DNA of 64,000 bases from Tubiluchus corallicola (taxonomy: Eukaryota; Animalia; Priapulida), in NCBI GenBank assembly GCA_030141605.1, contig JAQGDQ010000022.1, positions 868,001 to 932,000 on the forward strand. The letters run 5' to 3'. Made by a program: the position numbers and the translations under genes. Shown one piece after another: positions 42,683 to 56,700 of the stretch (the stretch's first letter is position 1; each line of letters starts with the position of its first letter). The notes below the pieces were generated by a model that made no database searches, was not told the DNA's origin, and saw nothing but the letters and a program-made list of their open reading frames with translations.

Positions 42683-44523
42683 CTAATAGCCGTTGTTATC
42701 ATCATCACCATCATCAGCTCTACCAAAAAGGTTGTAATAGGATCCGAGGTTGATTCCATAACCATTCTGGGAATCATCATCGCCATCTTCCTCTTCTACC
42801 TCTTGCTCCTCTTCGGCTTCGTCTTCACCTGCACCTGCTCTGAGGTAATATAGTCGGTTACCATAGCCAGCTCCAAGACCATATCCACCCAATCCACCAT
42901 ATCCTCGACCATAACCGCTGCCATATCCTCCCAAACCATAACCACTGCCATATCCAGCGCCATAACCACTGCCATATCCAGCGCCATAACCTCCCAAACC
43001 ATAGCCGCCATAGCCAGCACCATATCCGCCTCGGATTATTCCTGCCCCACGGGCATTCAAAGCAGCATCTCCACCAGCTATTCCGCCAACTCTGACTAAA
43101 CCAACTCCAGCTGCACCACCATCGACTGCGGCACCACCAGCAGCTGCACCATCACCAGCACCAACGGCTCTGACAGCACCAAAACGGACAGCTGGTGCTG
43201 CAATTTGGACAGATTGGATGCCACTGTATGGCAGATTCCGGGCAAGACCATATGAGGCGCCTGCGGCTCCAGCGCCAGCACTCGTGGCAGCTTGGGTGAA
43301 ACTGGCTTGGGCTTCTTGGCTAGCATCACGAGCAGCTTGGCGAGCAGATGCAGCAACACCATGGCCAGCTGCAGCACGATCAGCTGAGGCAGCATTCCAC
43401 TGGGTAGCGTATCCGGCACCATAACGGCGTCCAATGATAGCTTCTTCGGTGGCTGGTGCAGAGCCTGCAGGGACATGAGATGCAGCTCTTGCCTTGGGAC
43501 CTTCAAAGTTGAATGGACCAACTCCAACGAATTCATCAGCACCCTCGAACCTGACAGCATTACCAAGCCCAATCCTGGCACCACCTAGAGCGGTGTAGCG
43601 GCCCCCAACAGCAACTCTGCCAGCTCCAAGACTACCTCTGCCCAGACCACCTCCAAGACTACCTCTGCCCAGACCACCTCCAAGACTACCTCTGCCCAGA
43701 CCACCTCCCAATAGACCACCGCCGAAGCCACCAAACCCATAGCCAGCTCCGTAACCGCCATAGCCAGCTCCATAACCACCAGAGCCTCTTCCATATCCAA
43801 GACCAGCATAGCCTCTTCCATATCCAAGACCGTAACCACCATACCCTCGTCCATAGCCAAGACCGTATCCACCATACCCTCGCCCATATCCACCATACCC
43901 TCGTCCATATCCACCATAACCTAAACCAATTCCTCCATAACCACCTCCATATCCATATCCTGCTCCGTAGCCACCTCTGTATCCTGCTCCTCCATATCCT
44001 CGCAGGAATCCAGCAAAAGTGCCTACAACCTGGAAATTAGAAACAGCTAAATAAGATGAAAAATAGCAACCTGTCATACTTTATTAATTTAAGTGGATTA
44101 TCAGTGTTATCAGTTATTGAAACTGAGGCCTCCTACTGGCAAATTGAGCCACTGAGGAGTCATTGAAAATAGCTCCAATTCTAATCTTCCATGATAAAGA
44201 GCCTTCTCTAAACGTTCTGTGCTTAGTCTGATAGAAGAAACAAACTTATTACAATTTCCCTATATACGTAAGAATATCTCCTCCTTTGCGAATAGAAACC
44301 CTAAAATTTTTATATTTTTGTAAAGACAATATCCATTAATTGATTACAAACGTATATATGATTGGAGGCAGTCAAATTGACTTTATATTAAGTTCGTCAA
44401 GTTAATAACTTGATGATTTTATCATTTAAGAATAACTAATGATTTCGTCTAATTCACGGAGCTAAAAATCATTAATTAATTTGAGAAAATACTTACGCAG
44501 GCTAGCAAGATGAGAATTTTCAT
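42683..44523 (-). CDS. Secreted glycine/tyrosine-rich structural protein with acidic tail (457 aa, 2 coding exons)
   Basis: Exon 44523-44497 (MKILILLAC, gtaagt donor) joins exon 44029-42683 (VVGTFAGFLRGYGGAGY...). Signal peptide, GYG/GGY repeats, Ala-rich core, D/E-rich C-terminus. A non-coding first exon ends at 45266. Confidence 0.9.
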
Positions 44524-45309
44524 GGTCGGCCCTGAAAGTAAAGAGCAAAGGGGATTGGTGTAATTGCATTTATTGTTATTGGCAAAATAAATAATTTGTA
44601 AATTACTGGAAAAATAAAATTCAGCAAATAAAAATAAAATTGATTGCTCAATTTTGAGAAGTAATTTAGGAAATTTGCGCCTCACAAGAGAAATAATTTT
44701 TCAACTCATCTACTTTGTCTACGGCCACTATCATAGAAAACTTATCTAGAATGTTTTTGCCCCTTCAAAAACCAATATAGTATTTTTAAGTACGCAATAT
44801 TTTTAGTCGAACTAAATAAACGTACGGGACTAGCCTTATGATTTCAACATAAGTAGCCCTATGTAATGTTTTTCGCAACTTTACGTATTTTGCTTTAGTA
44901 GTTCAATAATGAAGTATTATCTTGTAAAATATGTAAAAGCAGTACGACACTTTATACTAACAAAACTAACAAAATAGAAGCATTCATATGAATGATTAAA
45001 ATTCTATGTTGGTGAATATATATAAGCCATGTTCTTGTTTTTCAAACCTTGCATTAGTTCGAGTTTTCAGTGCTTATTGCCTGCGCTGGTGTTTCAACGC
45101 GCGTCGTGCGTCAAACGAAAAGTCAACTAGGATGCGTAAAGCAGGAGGATAAAACACGCAAAATATCATGTCGCAGATTGAAACGCTGGTCAAAAGTGTT
45201 TGTAACGTTTCACAAACAATTATTAATTTATAAGTCATTAAACGAAAAGAAAATGAAATTCTTACCTGGATTCTGGAGATTCCCGTGTAGCAGAGAAGAG
45301 TGCTGCTGC

Positions 45310-45350
45310 AAGTGTGATACCGCTTGTCTCGCTTACACCCTCTTATATAC
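45310..45350 (-). promoter_or_regulatory. TATA box and initiator of the Gly/Tyr-rich gene
   Basis: Minus strand TATATAAGA at 45349-45341, Inr-like TCA(+1)CAC near 45315, donor cag|gtaag at 45266/45265, acceptor tactttcag before 44531. Confidence 0.65.
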
Positions 45351-48300
45351 CTGCATTCTCGCAAAAAACTAATTAGCGTCTGTAACCCAGTTGTCAACTA
45401 AATTAGAGTTGAAACAGAAATTGGGGCGCTTTGTTAAAACGAACTTGACGCTGTTTTTGTTCAATAGTCATTTGCTAGTACACCTGCCTTAGTAATATCA
45501 TCTTTGGTGATCAATTTCCAAAGAGACAACTGTCGGCTGCTTGGTCTAATGACGTTGTCTAACAAGAAGTTTTTGTTACTCGATTTCTCATTCTTGAGCG
45601 TTTATTAAACTCTCAGGTCTATAGCTGTCGGGTTTTTGTTTTGTAAATTAGCGTCTAGTATCTGTGCTAACTATAATTAGTATTCGCTTGTTTTAAAATA
45701 TATTCGCAGTTAAACTGTACAGATATAGACATCAAAAGTCCAGACGCCCTGTTCTACTGAGTTTGACTTTAAGCGTTAAATAATTATAATATTATCGAAA
45801 ATCTTCAGTTACACAAAAACGCCCAGAAGACGATAGTTTCCTCCGTGAAAGAATAAAATTTTTATTATAACTAATTCACTGGACAGAGAAGATACCTGTT
45901 AACGTTTTTCTTAAAACAGGAATCAACAGACGAAATTTCTGCTAAAGGGCTGAATATAGCAAAGAAGTCCGAAGGAAAAACTGCTTATAATCAATTGTTT
46001 GTTTCGAGTAAAACGTGAGAATGTAGGAAAAGGAATTAGAGATGCTTAATGTAATTGGTTGCGACAATGTTAACACATAAACTTATTTTAATAAAAGGTA
46101 ATAATTTAGTAGGCGATTACTGTTAGAGTTATCGCTTTTCATTAAATGTGGTTAGTTCATGACCAAGTGGATATGCGTACATCTTTGCGTGAATAGCTCG
46201 TAATCGCCTGTATTTTCCGTGCTTGATATGGAGGGCGTCGTTCGTCAAAGTCATCCTGACTGTACAGAGAGATGCATGTATGCTCCAACGTGGCTGAGAT
46301 ACTTCTGCCGATTCAGCTGTTCATCTTAGACGCTTGCCCTTGATAATGAACCGGGTTTCAGTTACACCACAAAATCAAATCATCGCCGAAAAATATAAAA
46401 ATAATAGTAATAATTGACTACACGGATTAATGCTTATCAGTACTGTGAAATGAAATGTTACGAAATGAATAGCCAAGGCCTCGGTGGAAACACACCACGC
46501 GAACAGTGGCTTTATATCATTCAGAATCCATCAGGGCCTGTACATCAACAGTTTTCAACTTTCTGTCCAATTGCAGTTCTAAAAACTATATTTGTGATCG
46601 AACGTTTTTAAATTTCGTATATGAGAAATTTAAAGCGTTCCTGCTTGAATCTATAAGTTTAGTCCTGTCTTTTTTCTCAGAAAGTTGAATAATTCAAGCT
46701 AAATTTATAATAATTAAGTTAGATAAGCACATGTAAGTTATCACAATATGCATGTGCAGTTGAAAGCCGGACCATGTAGGGAAGGTACTATATGCCACGT
46801 GCATAGCCCTATAACTATTTTATGAGCCTTCTGAAGAATTCTACGTCATCATCGTCTTAGGCGCTTCCGTTATGCGACATAACACCATTCATCATTTTGA
46901 TGCCGTTTTCCCGATCAGTTGTCACATGCCAAGTATCTATGTTGTTTATATGCCAAGAGGAGTATTTAATAAATCTTATTTACTAATACTAAATCACGTC
47001 ATTCTTAATATGTCTATTGCATAAAATTTTTCAGGAAGCACTTTTTAAGAGCAACTAACTTACTAAATAATTATTAACTCTTCTGTTGATTTTCTTTACA
47101 GATCGCCATAAACAAGGCCAATGGTCACTAAAAATAAAAGGTTTTACAGTAAAAAGGTAACGATACGAAGGCATATCCAGAATGAAAAAAGAATTCATAT
47201 AACTAATTTGCTAATGATATGTTTTTTGGCTTGAGCCAGCTTGACGTTTCCTAGAGAATTCCACACCTAGGTCAGAGAAAAACTGGATTTATAAGAAGCT
47301 GTTCTACATCCCGGAATGCCCAGGATAAGTTAAAGCTACTTATCAAAGTACTGTAATACTCTGAAATCAATAAAACTTTTATTGCTTTATTAAGATAATA
47401 TAGTTTATGAATGATTGTTTTATTATAAGAGGTAATTTGCTCCCTGCAATAAGGATCTTTTTAACAGATAACTTTCTTATTCCTGGAAGCAAACCCTGCG
47501 GGGCCTCTAGGCCAGCGTATGCAGATAATAAACCGGCCCTACCACCTACAGCGACGCCATCTCACCATTTCTCCACAGCTGTTGGTATCGGGTTCTGCAT
47601 TGTATTGTACATGTATTCAAATCTTAATTGCCTCCATTCTACCCGTCGTTTTTATTACATTGCTACTTCTACTCAATTCAGTTGTTTGTCAAAACCTTGC
47701 GTGCATACATAGAAGCACATGTAGTAATTATCACAGGGCCCCAGGCCTGGACGTCATCAACCTAGAAACTAGAGTTACGAGCATTAGAGAGAGGTATTTA
47801 TAACAAACATTGAAGTGTCAACTTTACACCTAACGAGCTAAAACAGATACTGGAGTTCCCGATTATGCACGTCTTAGTTACCCCTTAGAAGTGCATTGAT
47901 CTATGCAAAACTATAACCACCCTGGATTATACTGATCAGCCTGTTGGTTACTACAGGCGTACTTAACATACGGTTGCTGCAAATAAAACTGGAGGTCGTG
48001 TTTTTTAAGTGCATTTTGTAGTGTAGTTACTGTTCCGCCTGAATAAAAAATTCGCTTCCCATCAAATGCAATACTTCTTACTGTGATACATAACATGCAT
48101 TGTAATAAATATGCTTAGAACCGGACTTAGTACAGACGACATCAAGAACCATATGTAATAAATTTCCCCAACACACGACCGCAACAAAAATTTAACTTTA
48201 TAAAGGGACTGAATGAGTCGTGCAGCTAATCGCAAATTTCACCTCTACAAATCTCTTTCTAATGCACAACAAACGAAGACACAACAGCTCATTGTTTCAT

Positions 48301-49166
48301 AATAATTTCAATTATTTTTAATTTCTTGCTACATTACAGGATAACATGAACACAGCTATCAAATATATACTGTCCTATATATTATAATCACACGGAATTA
48401 AGTTAACTTTTGACACAACTTGGAAAAATCAAGCGGTAACTGATCAAGTGCTAGCACGTCTGATTTAATTCAACAAAGCATTTAAATGTCAAGCAGTTGT
48501 TCTTATAACAAAAGCTACTGCTTTCTCTAGTTATAGTATTTTAAATACAAGAGCAAAATCCATTTACATGCAATCAATGGTAAACTGTTACTTGGTGTTA
48601 CCAAAAAAGCACGCATAAAATATTTATGGAAAACCATCATTTGGACAAATTCATTTAATTAAAGTAAGAAACTTTTATTCAAAATGACACAGCCTCATGG
48701 AAGAAGATTAAGGAGACGATTAAAACTCTCCTTAATAATCAAACCAAGATGATTGGTCCCTGTATGTCCCACAGCACCAACCAGCAATCTCACGATTGGT
48801 ATCGATCACCTTACTGCCTTACACATGTGCTACAAACACAAACCGAAGAAATTTGCATCCCAAAGAGACTGTCAAACGGCGGGCTTTATAATTTCATAGC
48901 AGCATAATGACCCGTATTTATGCTGAACTACTCTGCTAGTCAGGGCTGCTTTATACAAATGATTAATGCCAGGAAAAAGGTCAAGTGAGAAAAGAATAAT
49001 AAGTCAATAATAATATAACAAGCAATTTTATGCAACAAACCAGTTAGTTGATTTGAACAAACACTCAGTGAGCAGTAACATTGTTTAATTTGTGAATTTG
49101 CACTATAATTGGCCACAGTAGGTCAGTTAACAATTATTTAATTCTTGGATTCACAGTGTTCAATAA

Positions 49167-50153
49167 GGCTGCATACAGACATGCAATTTTCAGTTGCACA
49201 ATTGAAAGTCGCAAAATCTGTAAACAACTAAAGTCTGTGACAGCACACAGACATGCAATTTTCAATCAAAACACAGTAGTTATACGTAAGAAGGCAGTGT
49301 TATACGAAAAGGCACTATTAAACACATAAAAAAGATAAAAGAAGACCAAATTAATGAAGATAATTAATTCATTCATTCTTCATTCCTACTATTCTTTGCT
49401 ACCATTTTCAAGAAATTCAGTGATACTTAGAAATCGGACACCAAAACCTATGAAGTTTTGAAAATGAACAACCCATTGCCAAACACACTAAAATTAACAC
49501 ATTCATATTCCCCCACTGCTGATTTCTTTTCTTACTACTCTGAACTTTCACAATGAAAAACACCGCTTACAATTATTCTCCAGATTTCCATACTCCGGTT
49601 ACCAGTTTGCCAATCACAACAGCCTCAGAAAAAAATTGTTCATACCCTCATCAATTAAATACACGACTAAATAACTAACTACTAAATAACTTACGACTAA
49701 ATAATTCAGCCTTTTCATATGAACTAGTAAAACTAAATAACTTAACCATTTCGGGTGAACATGCACAGAACAGAAAGCCAGACATAAAGAGTCGTTTCTC
49801 TTTGTTTAAATTTCTCCTTTTAATGTTGACAAAGGTAATGTACAGCCCAATAAAAATTTCTTGAACTCGTGCGATATTAATTGAAGAATTTATACACTCT
49901 GAGAAATCTGTAAGTTGGCATATAGCAAATGAAGTTGTCCTTTCTTCGACTGCTGGTTAGTTATTTGATTAGCCCAATACTTAAGATCTGTTATAAATTT
50001 TATTTCTGACTATATGATATGAGTCTTCCAACTGACTGAAGCAGCAAAAAACAGATGTTCAATTTTTACATGCCTTCATTAAAATTACTGTTAATAATTT
50101 TACCCGATGCATAGTACTAGTTGTGCAATTAAAAACTGCATGTCTGTGCACCC
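49167..50153. mobile_element. Degenerate TIR element (MITE, possibly PIF/Harbinger-like)
   Basis: ggctgcatacagacatgcaattttcagttgcacaa at the left is inverted relative to ttgtgcaattaaaaactgcatgtctgtgcaccc at the right; subterminal repeat cagacatgcaattttca; TAA on the left flank. Confidence 0.5.
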
Positions 50154-50657
50154 AATTTTGATACACACCAGTGGAGCCCATTCCTGCAAAATGTATCAAG
50201 CCATAAACTGAAACTAGTTTACAAGAAACAGTACGAACTTGCATAAGACAACGTGTGCAAAAAAATGTGGGTCCATTTTACCTGCAGTTTAACAGTCAAT
50301 GCAGTCAAAAAGCAACTTCCTGACATTCTTGTATGTATAAACAGAATTAATGAATATTAACTCTACCAACATTTTATCAACTCAGCTCAGTTCATTTCCT
50401 CAGTTTGAACGTACAAAGTTAATGTTACTACATACAATTAATTACTAAGCACATCAGTATAACATTAATAAACCTCAGGGAAACTATATTACTGTGCGTT
50501 GACATCTCAATAGTTACTAATCAGATGTGTGTATGTTTTACTCACACCTGGAAATGAGATTATAGACAACAACCTTCAGCGCAAAGGAGCTGTTGCTTAT
50601 TAAACCGAATGCGCGAGACAGAATACACTCAAATAATCAGCACCAAATTCCAAATTC

Positions 50658-53600
50658 CTAATCGAAGACCCAGTTTACACAATCGTGCAGAGATAAATTA
50701 GCAACTGCATTTTCTAATTCAGCTGAATTAGTTGGATCTTCTGAAACAGAAAAGAAAAAATGTAAAATCCAGTCTATTAAATAGTTTTTTACTACATCTA
50801 AGATTTGCAATAAAAATCGTTCACTGCCCATCTCCGGTACCATTTCCCTTAAACACTTTAATGTTATGGTGGCAACAACACCAATAAGCAAACCATCTTG
50901 TTTAAAAAGGCACCAACTTAGAACAATCAGCATAATTACTAAACCATTACTGCTTCAATTACGAGTTCTTGTCCTACCTGACTGAATCAAGTAGTCTCAA
51001 TAAGTCATGATTGTCTCAGTAAAAGTTACAACCCCTATGGTAAAACTTTGTGACGCAAAAGGTATTCAACTATTTTTAGCAAAACTTATCCTACAACTTG
51101 AATCAAACAAGAGGTTTGTTGAGGAGCCACAAGAAGAATAAAGCAATGACTTCTTAGCAATCTCTCATACCTTTTGGCAGGACACTAATATCATTCATAG
51201 GTTTCACCGGAGCTAATAAAGATGGCACATCAATGGATAACTTCTTGATTTGACGAATGAATGGGTGGTTCAATAATTGCACTGCTGTAGGCCTGAAAGT
51301 AGACAGTGGACATGTAAACAAACTGTTCTATTTTCACATGTGTAAGAAACATTGACATGATTAACATTGATAAATTAATACAATGCTATAAAGACATAAA
51401 TATGAGTGATTATGGTCTTGGTTCAAACAACATCAGATCTTAATTCCCTGTTCATTGGATCTGCACTTGTCTAAGTGGAGGCATTCAAATTTGTGAAACA
51501 GTTTCAAAAAGAAGGCACTAGGGCAATGAGAACCTTATAAATGAAGAAAATCTCCATTAAGAAAAAGAACTTTTCTAATTACTAGTTAGTTCAATTATTT
51601 TAATTTTCAGTCTTTCGGGGCAATGTTTATTTTTAGCAAGCTTCTGCCAAATTCCAAAAAATTCCACTGTTGCTTATACTACCTTCTCACATGTGATGAC
51701 ATAAACTGTAATAAATTGAAAAATATTATGAATATTTTGCAATCAAAACAGAGTTTCATTGATCTTACACCACTAAACAATTTATTCAATGCAGAATATT
51801 TTGGCATTTGAAATACTTTTAAGTTTACTTAATGTTTTTGAAAACAATATTGATAAAATTGTGTCATTCTGTGTCTCAGCAAACAAATATAAAACATTGC
51901 AACATTACTAATAAAAAACACGTGACAAATGCTTATCCATTTATCTGTTGCCCTTAAACTCCTTCCCGACAGGTACATACATTTACTCGTCATCTGTGAC
52001 AGGTAAAAACAATGCCTTATCAATTAAAGTTTCCACTCTTCACATAATTTGGAAAGGAAACAGCTAGCATACAACAAAATTATATAGGAACAAAAAATTC
52101 TATTATATTCTTTGTTTTCAGTCCTTACAGAAGTTTTTTGAACTCTGGACTTTGGACCTTTTTTGGACAAAACAAACAAAATGCTGCTTTGTGCTTATAT
52201 AGCATCTCAGCATAGCAGTGAACATTGATTTGCTCTGTGCTCATTAGCACAGGCTGTTATTAGTACACCAAGGTAATCTTTGTTGTCATGGTAATGTGTA
52301 TTCATAAAATGTAACAACAGTGAATGCTGGCAGTGAGCAGTACTGTGGATACACTTGAATATTATCGTGCTTTTAAAAGTATGTTAAGAAAAGTGAAAAA
52401 AATGTTAACAGTATTTTAGTGATTTTTGAAATTGGAACAATTTCACATCTGGATTTATTACATGAACAACATTCAGTTGCACCTATGTATAGAAACTAAC
52501 AGTATTTTCTGCACATTCTACTTGTTAATAATACTATGTACACTGCAAAACTTTCAGCCTGTGCAAGATTTATTACAAGAAAATGAAATTATAAAACAAT
52601 ATATTGATGGAAACAACTATATACTATAGTACTATGTAGCCTTACTACATAGCTACTGATTGTGCTGGGAGTCCTAGCTGTCAAATCAATAGCCAGGATA
52701 ATGTGGACTCACATGCAGCAAGCATTGCATTCTTGTACAAATCTTTGTGCCTTTGAACAGCAGTCAAATGTGCAATCTTAGATTGACTTGAAAACCCATG
52801 CAAAGTTTTATACTGAAATGAATGCTCTGCAGTTTTTACAAACAATTTTAGATACAAGCTATCACTTAGAAGCTAGAAAACTTTGAAATGAAAACTCTAC
52901 TCAATGAAGACTTTGGAAATTTTTTAATCGTTCTCTTAATTACTCCATTGAGTAAAACAATGTAAACATTAAATTTAGTGGTAGAAAGAAAATTTAATTC
53001 TCTTTCAGAAAATACATCTACAGGTTTGCGCTAGTATCTCATGCAGTTATGTTGTTATGGGCAGTTTTATTCGAGGATGACAACCACTGAAATATTCCTA
53101 ATCATAAAGTAGTTAAGTCACTTATGGATTACTAATGCACACACAATAATACTCTCAAAAAATACTAAACATTGCTATGCCTATAGGTTGTGAACAGTGG
53201 TACATATGGAATAAAGTAAAGAAAGCCTAACGGTTACAGTAACTTCAAGAAATGATAATTAAGTGAAGAAGTCACTAATTACCTAAGTGAAGGATTTCGG
53301 TGAAGACAAGCTTCAACAAATTGATGAAATGAATGAGAGAAGGTTCTATGATACGGAAGTCGCAGGGTTTCCATCTCTGTGTCCTGGCCTGCAAAGCAAA
53401 ATATGAAAGCTTCATCTACAGCATAAACACAAATTACAGATGGATGATCATCAAGCATAACCCAATATTCAAAATTAATAGAAGTTTGAATTCCATCAAA
53501 AAGATGACTTTGTAGAAAAAGCTTTTTAAAATTGTGTTTACAGCCTACTTCAAAACGACTTCTGATTCACAGACAGTGTGTGACAGACTTATTCTTATGT

Positions 53601-53745
53601 TATTGATGTGAAAACAAGACCTACCAACCGGGCTTAAGTGCTGATGACAAAGAACGTTAAGTAAGTGTCTGCCCAACTCCTACTGGTTGTATATTTAAGC
53701 AGTTATTACTGGTTATCATTGCAAGAATTTAATTTCCCATTTGTG

Positions 53746-53790
<45 letters not shown>

Positions 53791-56700
53791 CTCTCTCTCG
53801 CCACCTGCTTCTTGTACACCCACAACAGCTAACACATTTGCTAGATATTCCTGCTGGGCCACAATTTCCTTCATTAACAAACTTCAAGAGATCTCACTAG
53901 CAGCAACACCACCACCACCACCAGCAGCAGCAGCAACAATTTTTGTAATCTACAGAGGCTCGATTAAGGCATACACTGAATATTGCTACAAGCACTGTCG
54001 CATGACACTAACCTACATTACTAGGCAGAGAACCATCTTGTACACCTTTCACATCGCCATCCTCATTAAGTTGATATGATGTAATGTCTACAGTTGTTGA
54101 ATCTAGTAATCTTGGCATTGTTCCATTCAGCTTTTCTAACAACATCTATACAAATGAATGTTCATGTTACACAAGCATGTTAACGTTAAACAATAAACAC
54201 ATCAGTAAAAAGCTATTCAAGGTCAGACTCAAACTATCTGAAAAATCTCACACAATCACATTTCTTTTTATACTTTCAAGGCTTAAATTTGTCAAAAAAT
54301 AAACTCATATGGAGTTTTAATTTTCTTTATTCACAATGAAAGCATTTCGAAACCGATAAGCAGTAACATTACAATAATTTGGCACGATAATGCATTTTTG
54401 TTTACAAAGAAATTATTCTAAAAATTAAATGTGAATCTGTTTTTTCTTTGGAACTTGTGTTTGCGAAAGATGCAATCATAACCTTGCAAGTAGGGCTGGG
54501 AATTCTCTGCGCTGGGAAATCGACTCAAACTTGCTAATACGAATCAAACCGAATTTCAAGACTTCAAATCCGAATTGAATTTGCATCCAGGTTTAAAGAT
54601 TATCCAATAAATTTTTGAATCGCTAATAAAAAGCGGTTTCACATAGATCATGCACATTACTTGATTTTGCTCTGCAGTAAAAACACTAATAATTCGTTTA
54701 GAAATTGTGAACAGAAATTGCAGATAAATTGTGCAGATTGCATGATGTTTCAAACGTTTTAATTATAAAGAACATATATAGTTGAAGTGCTGAATTATAT
54801 GAATCTATAATTTTGAGGCTCGAATCAAATTCGAACTAGAAACACTCTTTCGATCTCGAATGTTCGGTGCTTACCTCTACAGGTAAGTGTATCATAAGCT
54901 ATGGCAGCATGTAAGCTACATGTTACCAGCATCAGAACTTGCTGCCATCTAAAAACAAGTGCAGTAACTACAATAAACAGTCGTACATTTGTTGTATATA
55001 AAGGATTTGTTTTTACAAATGTGTTTTCAGATATGGATAATGCATTTTTAAATAAGCATTAATTAAAAATAACATGTCAGCTTCTTCAAATTTTTAACAA
55101 AAACCTTTACATGCATAACTTAGCACATGAATAATATATAAGGTGAATAAAAATTTGACATTTTTACTTTACAGACAAGTAGTTGCACATTAATCATTTA
55201 TGGCTGTTATTATTTATTTCTTTAGTGCTTATTCAAAAATATACTGCCGATATCTGAAATACCCACATTATTATTATAAAAATGAAAAGTTTCATATGTC
55301 TAGTTTAATTTTATTTAATTAGTGTACAGTTATCCATACCAAGGAAGGGATCATGTCCTGAAATGGCACGCATCCGTTCGCTAATTCACATGCAGTGATC
55401 CCAAGGCTGTAGACGTCTGACTTAACACCGTAGCCCTCTAAACTCTGTAACACACGTCATCAACGCATAAGTACAATGCTCTACAATCCAACCATGAAAT
55501 AAGCTTACATTCACACATCAAAAGAAATAGCATCTAAAGGTTTGCTGACAAAGAAATAGAAAACATATAACTGTAACTACTGACTTGCAGCTTAAACATC
55601 CTGGACCTCTTTTTTCTCTTGCATCTAGTATGAGAATTTAAGAATTTCTCGAGATGCAAATGCACAGTGGTACACATATGTATTTTGGAAATAATTTACA
55701 AAAAACACACTGCAACATAAAACAATACTGTGCATAGATGAAACAAAAGCATGTGTTCATGTCCAATTGTGCGAGCGTGTATGCAATGCACATGCACACT
55801 ATATTTAAAATTTCATCCACAACAGTAGTTCTCACTTTCTCTTGATCTTTTTAGTTTTTACCTCATTCAAAACCCCCAAAACCCCCATTGATTCATTACA
55901 AGTAACAAAATGAATTTAAACAAAAATTATTGTACAATTACCTGACCGAGAATTTCTGGAGCTAACCAGTACATATTCGTTTCTATCTGAGATCTAGGAA
56001 AATCGTGGATTTTCTTTAAGCGCACTCCATGTCGTATCATGCTGCAAGATGTGCGCAACCCGGAAAGACAAGCTCGTCCTGACTGCGACACTAATATATG
56101 ACTAGCTTTTAAACTCCTGCAGTAAAAAATGAAACTGTGGTTACAGCAAAGTAACAAAATGTTTTTTTTTTGTTAAGACAATGGAATTAATGCATAACCA
56201 GTTATCACTTACAGGTCTCGAAACTGGAGTACAGTAAAACAATGGAAAAACAACTCTACATCTGCAGCCTGGTCTGTAATTTTTCTGCTGTTTCACAAAA
56301 AGTATTTATGCACTTTGGAAACCTAAAGTACTTTAACTAATCTTATTTTTTATACTGTCTTATATTGGTAGATACATTTATCAATTACATTCTTGTTAGC
56401 AAATAGTAAAGTCACAAATACTAAGCTATTGCTAAAGGAAAAACTACAGACATTTTCAAACCACAAAATGTACACTTGGTATTTCTAACTTGATTAAGAT
56501 GAAGCCTTAATAGTGAGTGACAACATACACAGCTAAATACATGCCCCAGCAGCTTTTGCAATGACAAACATGGAAAATAAATGCGAGAAATGGTTTTATA
56601 TACACTGTAGTTGTATACTTGCCTCTGACTTGGAAGCTGTGACAATTGTTCTGGAAATTACAAAATCTACCAGAAAAATCATGAGCATAATGCTTGGTAT

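Noticed and set aside
42796-43917. Overlapping alternate-frame and antisense ORFs in the Gly-rich gene
   Set aside because: Expected by-product of repetitive Gly/Ala codons
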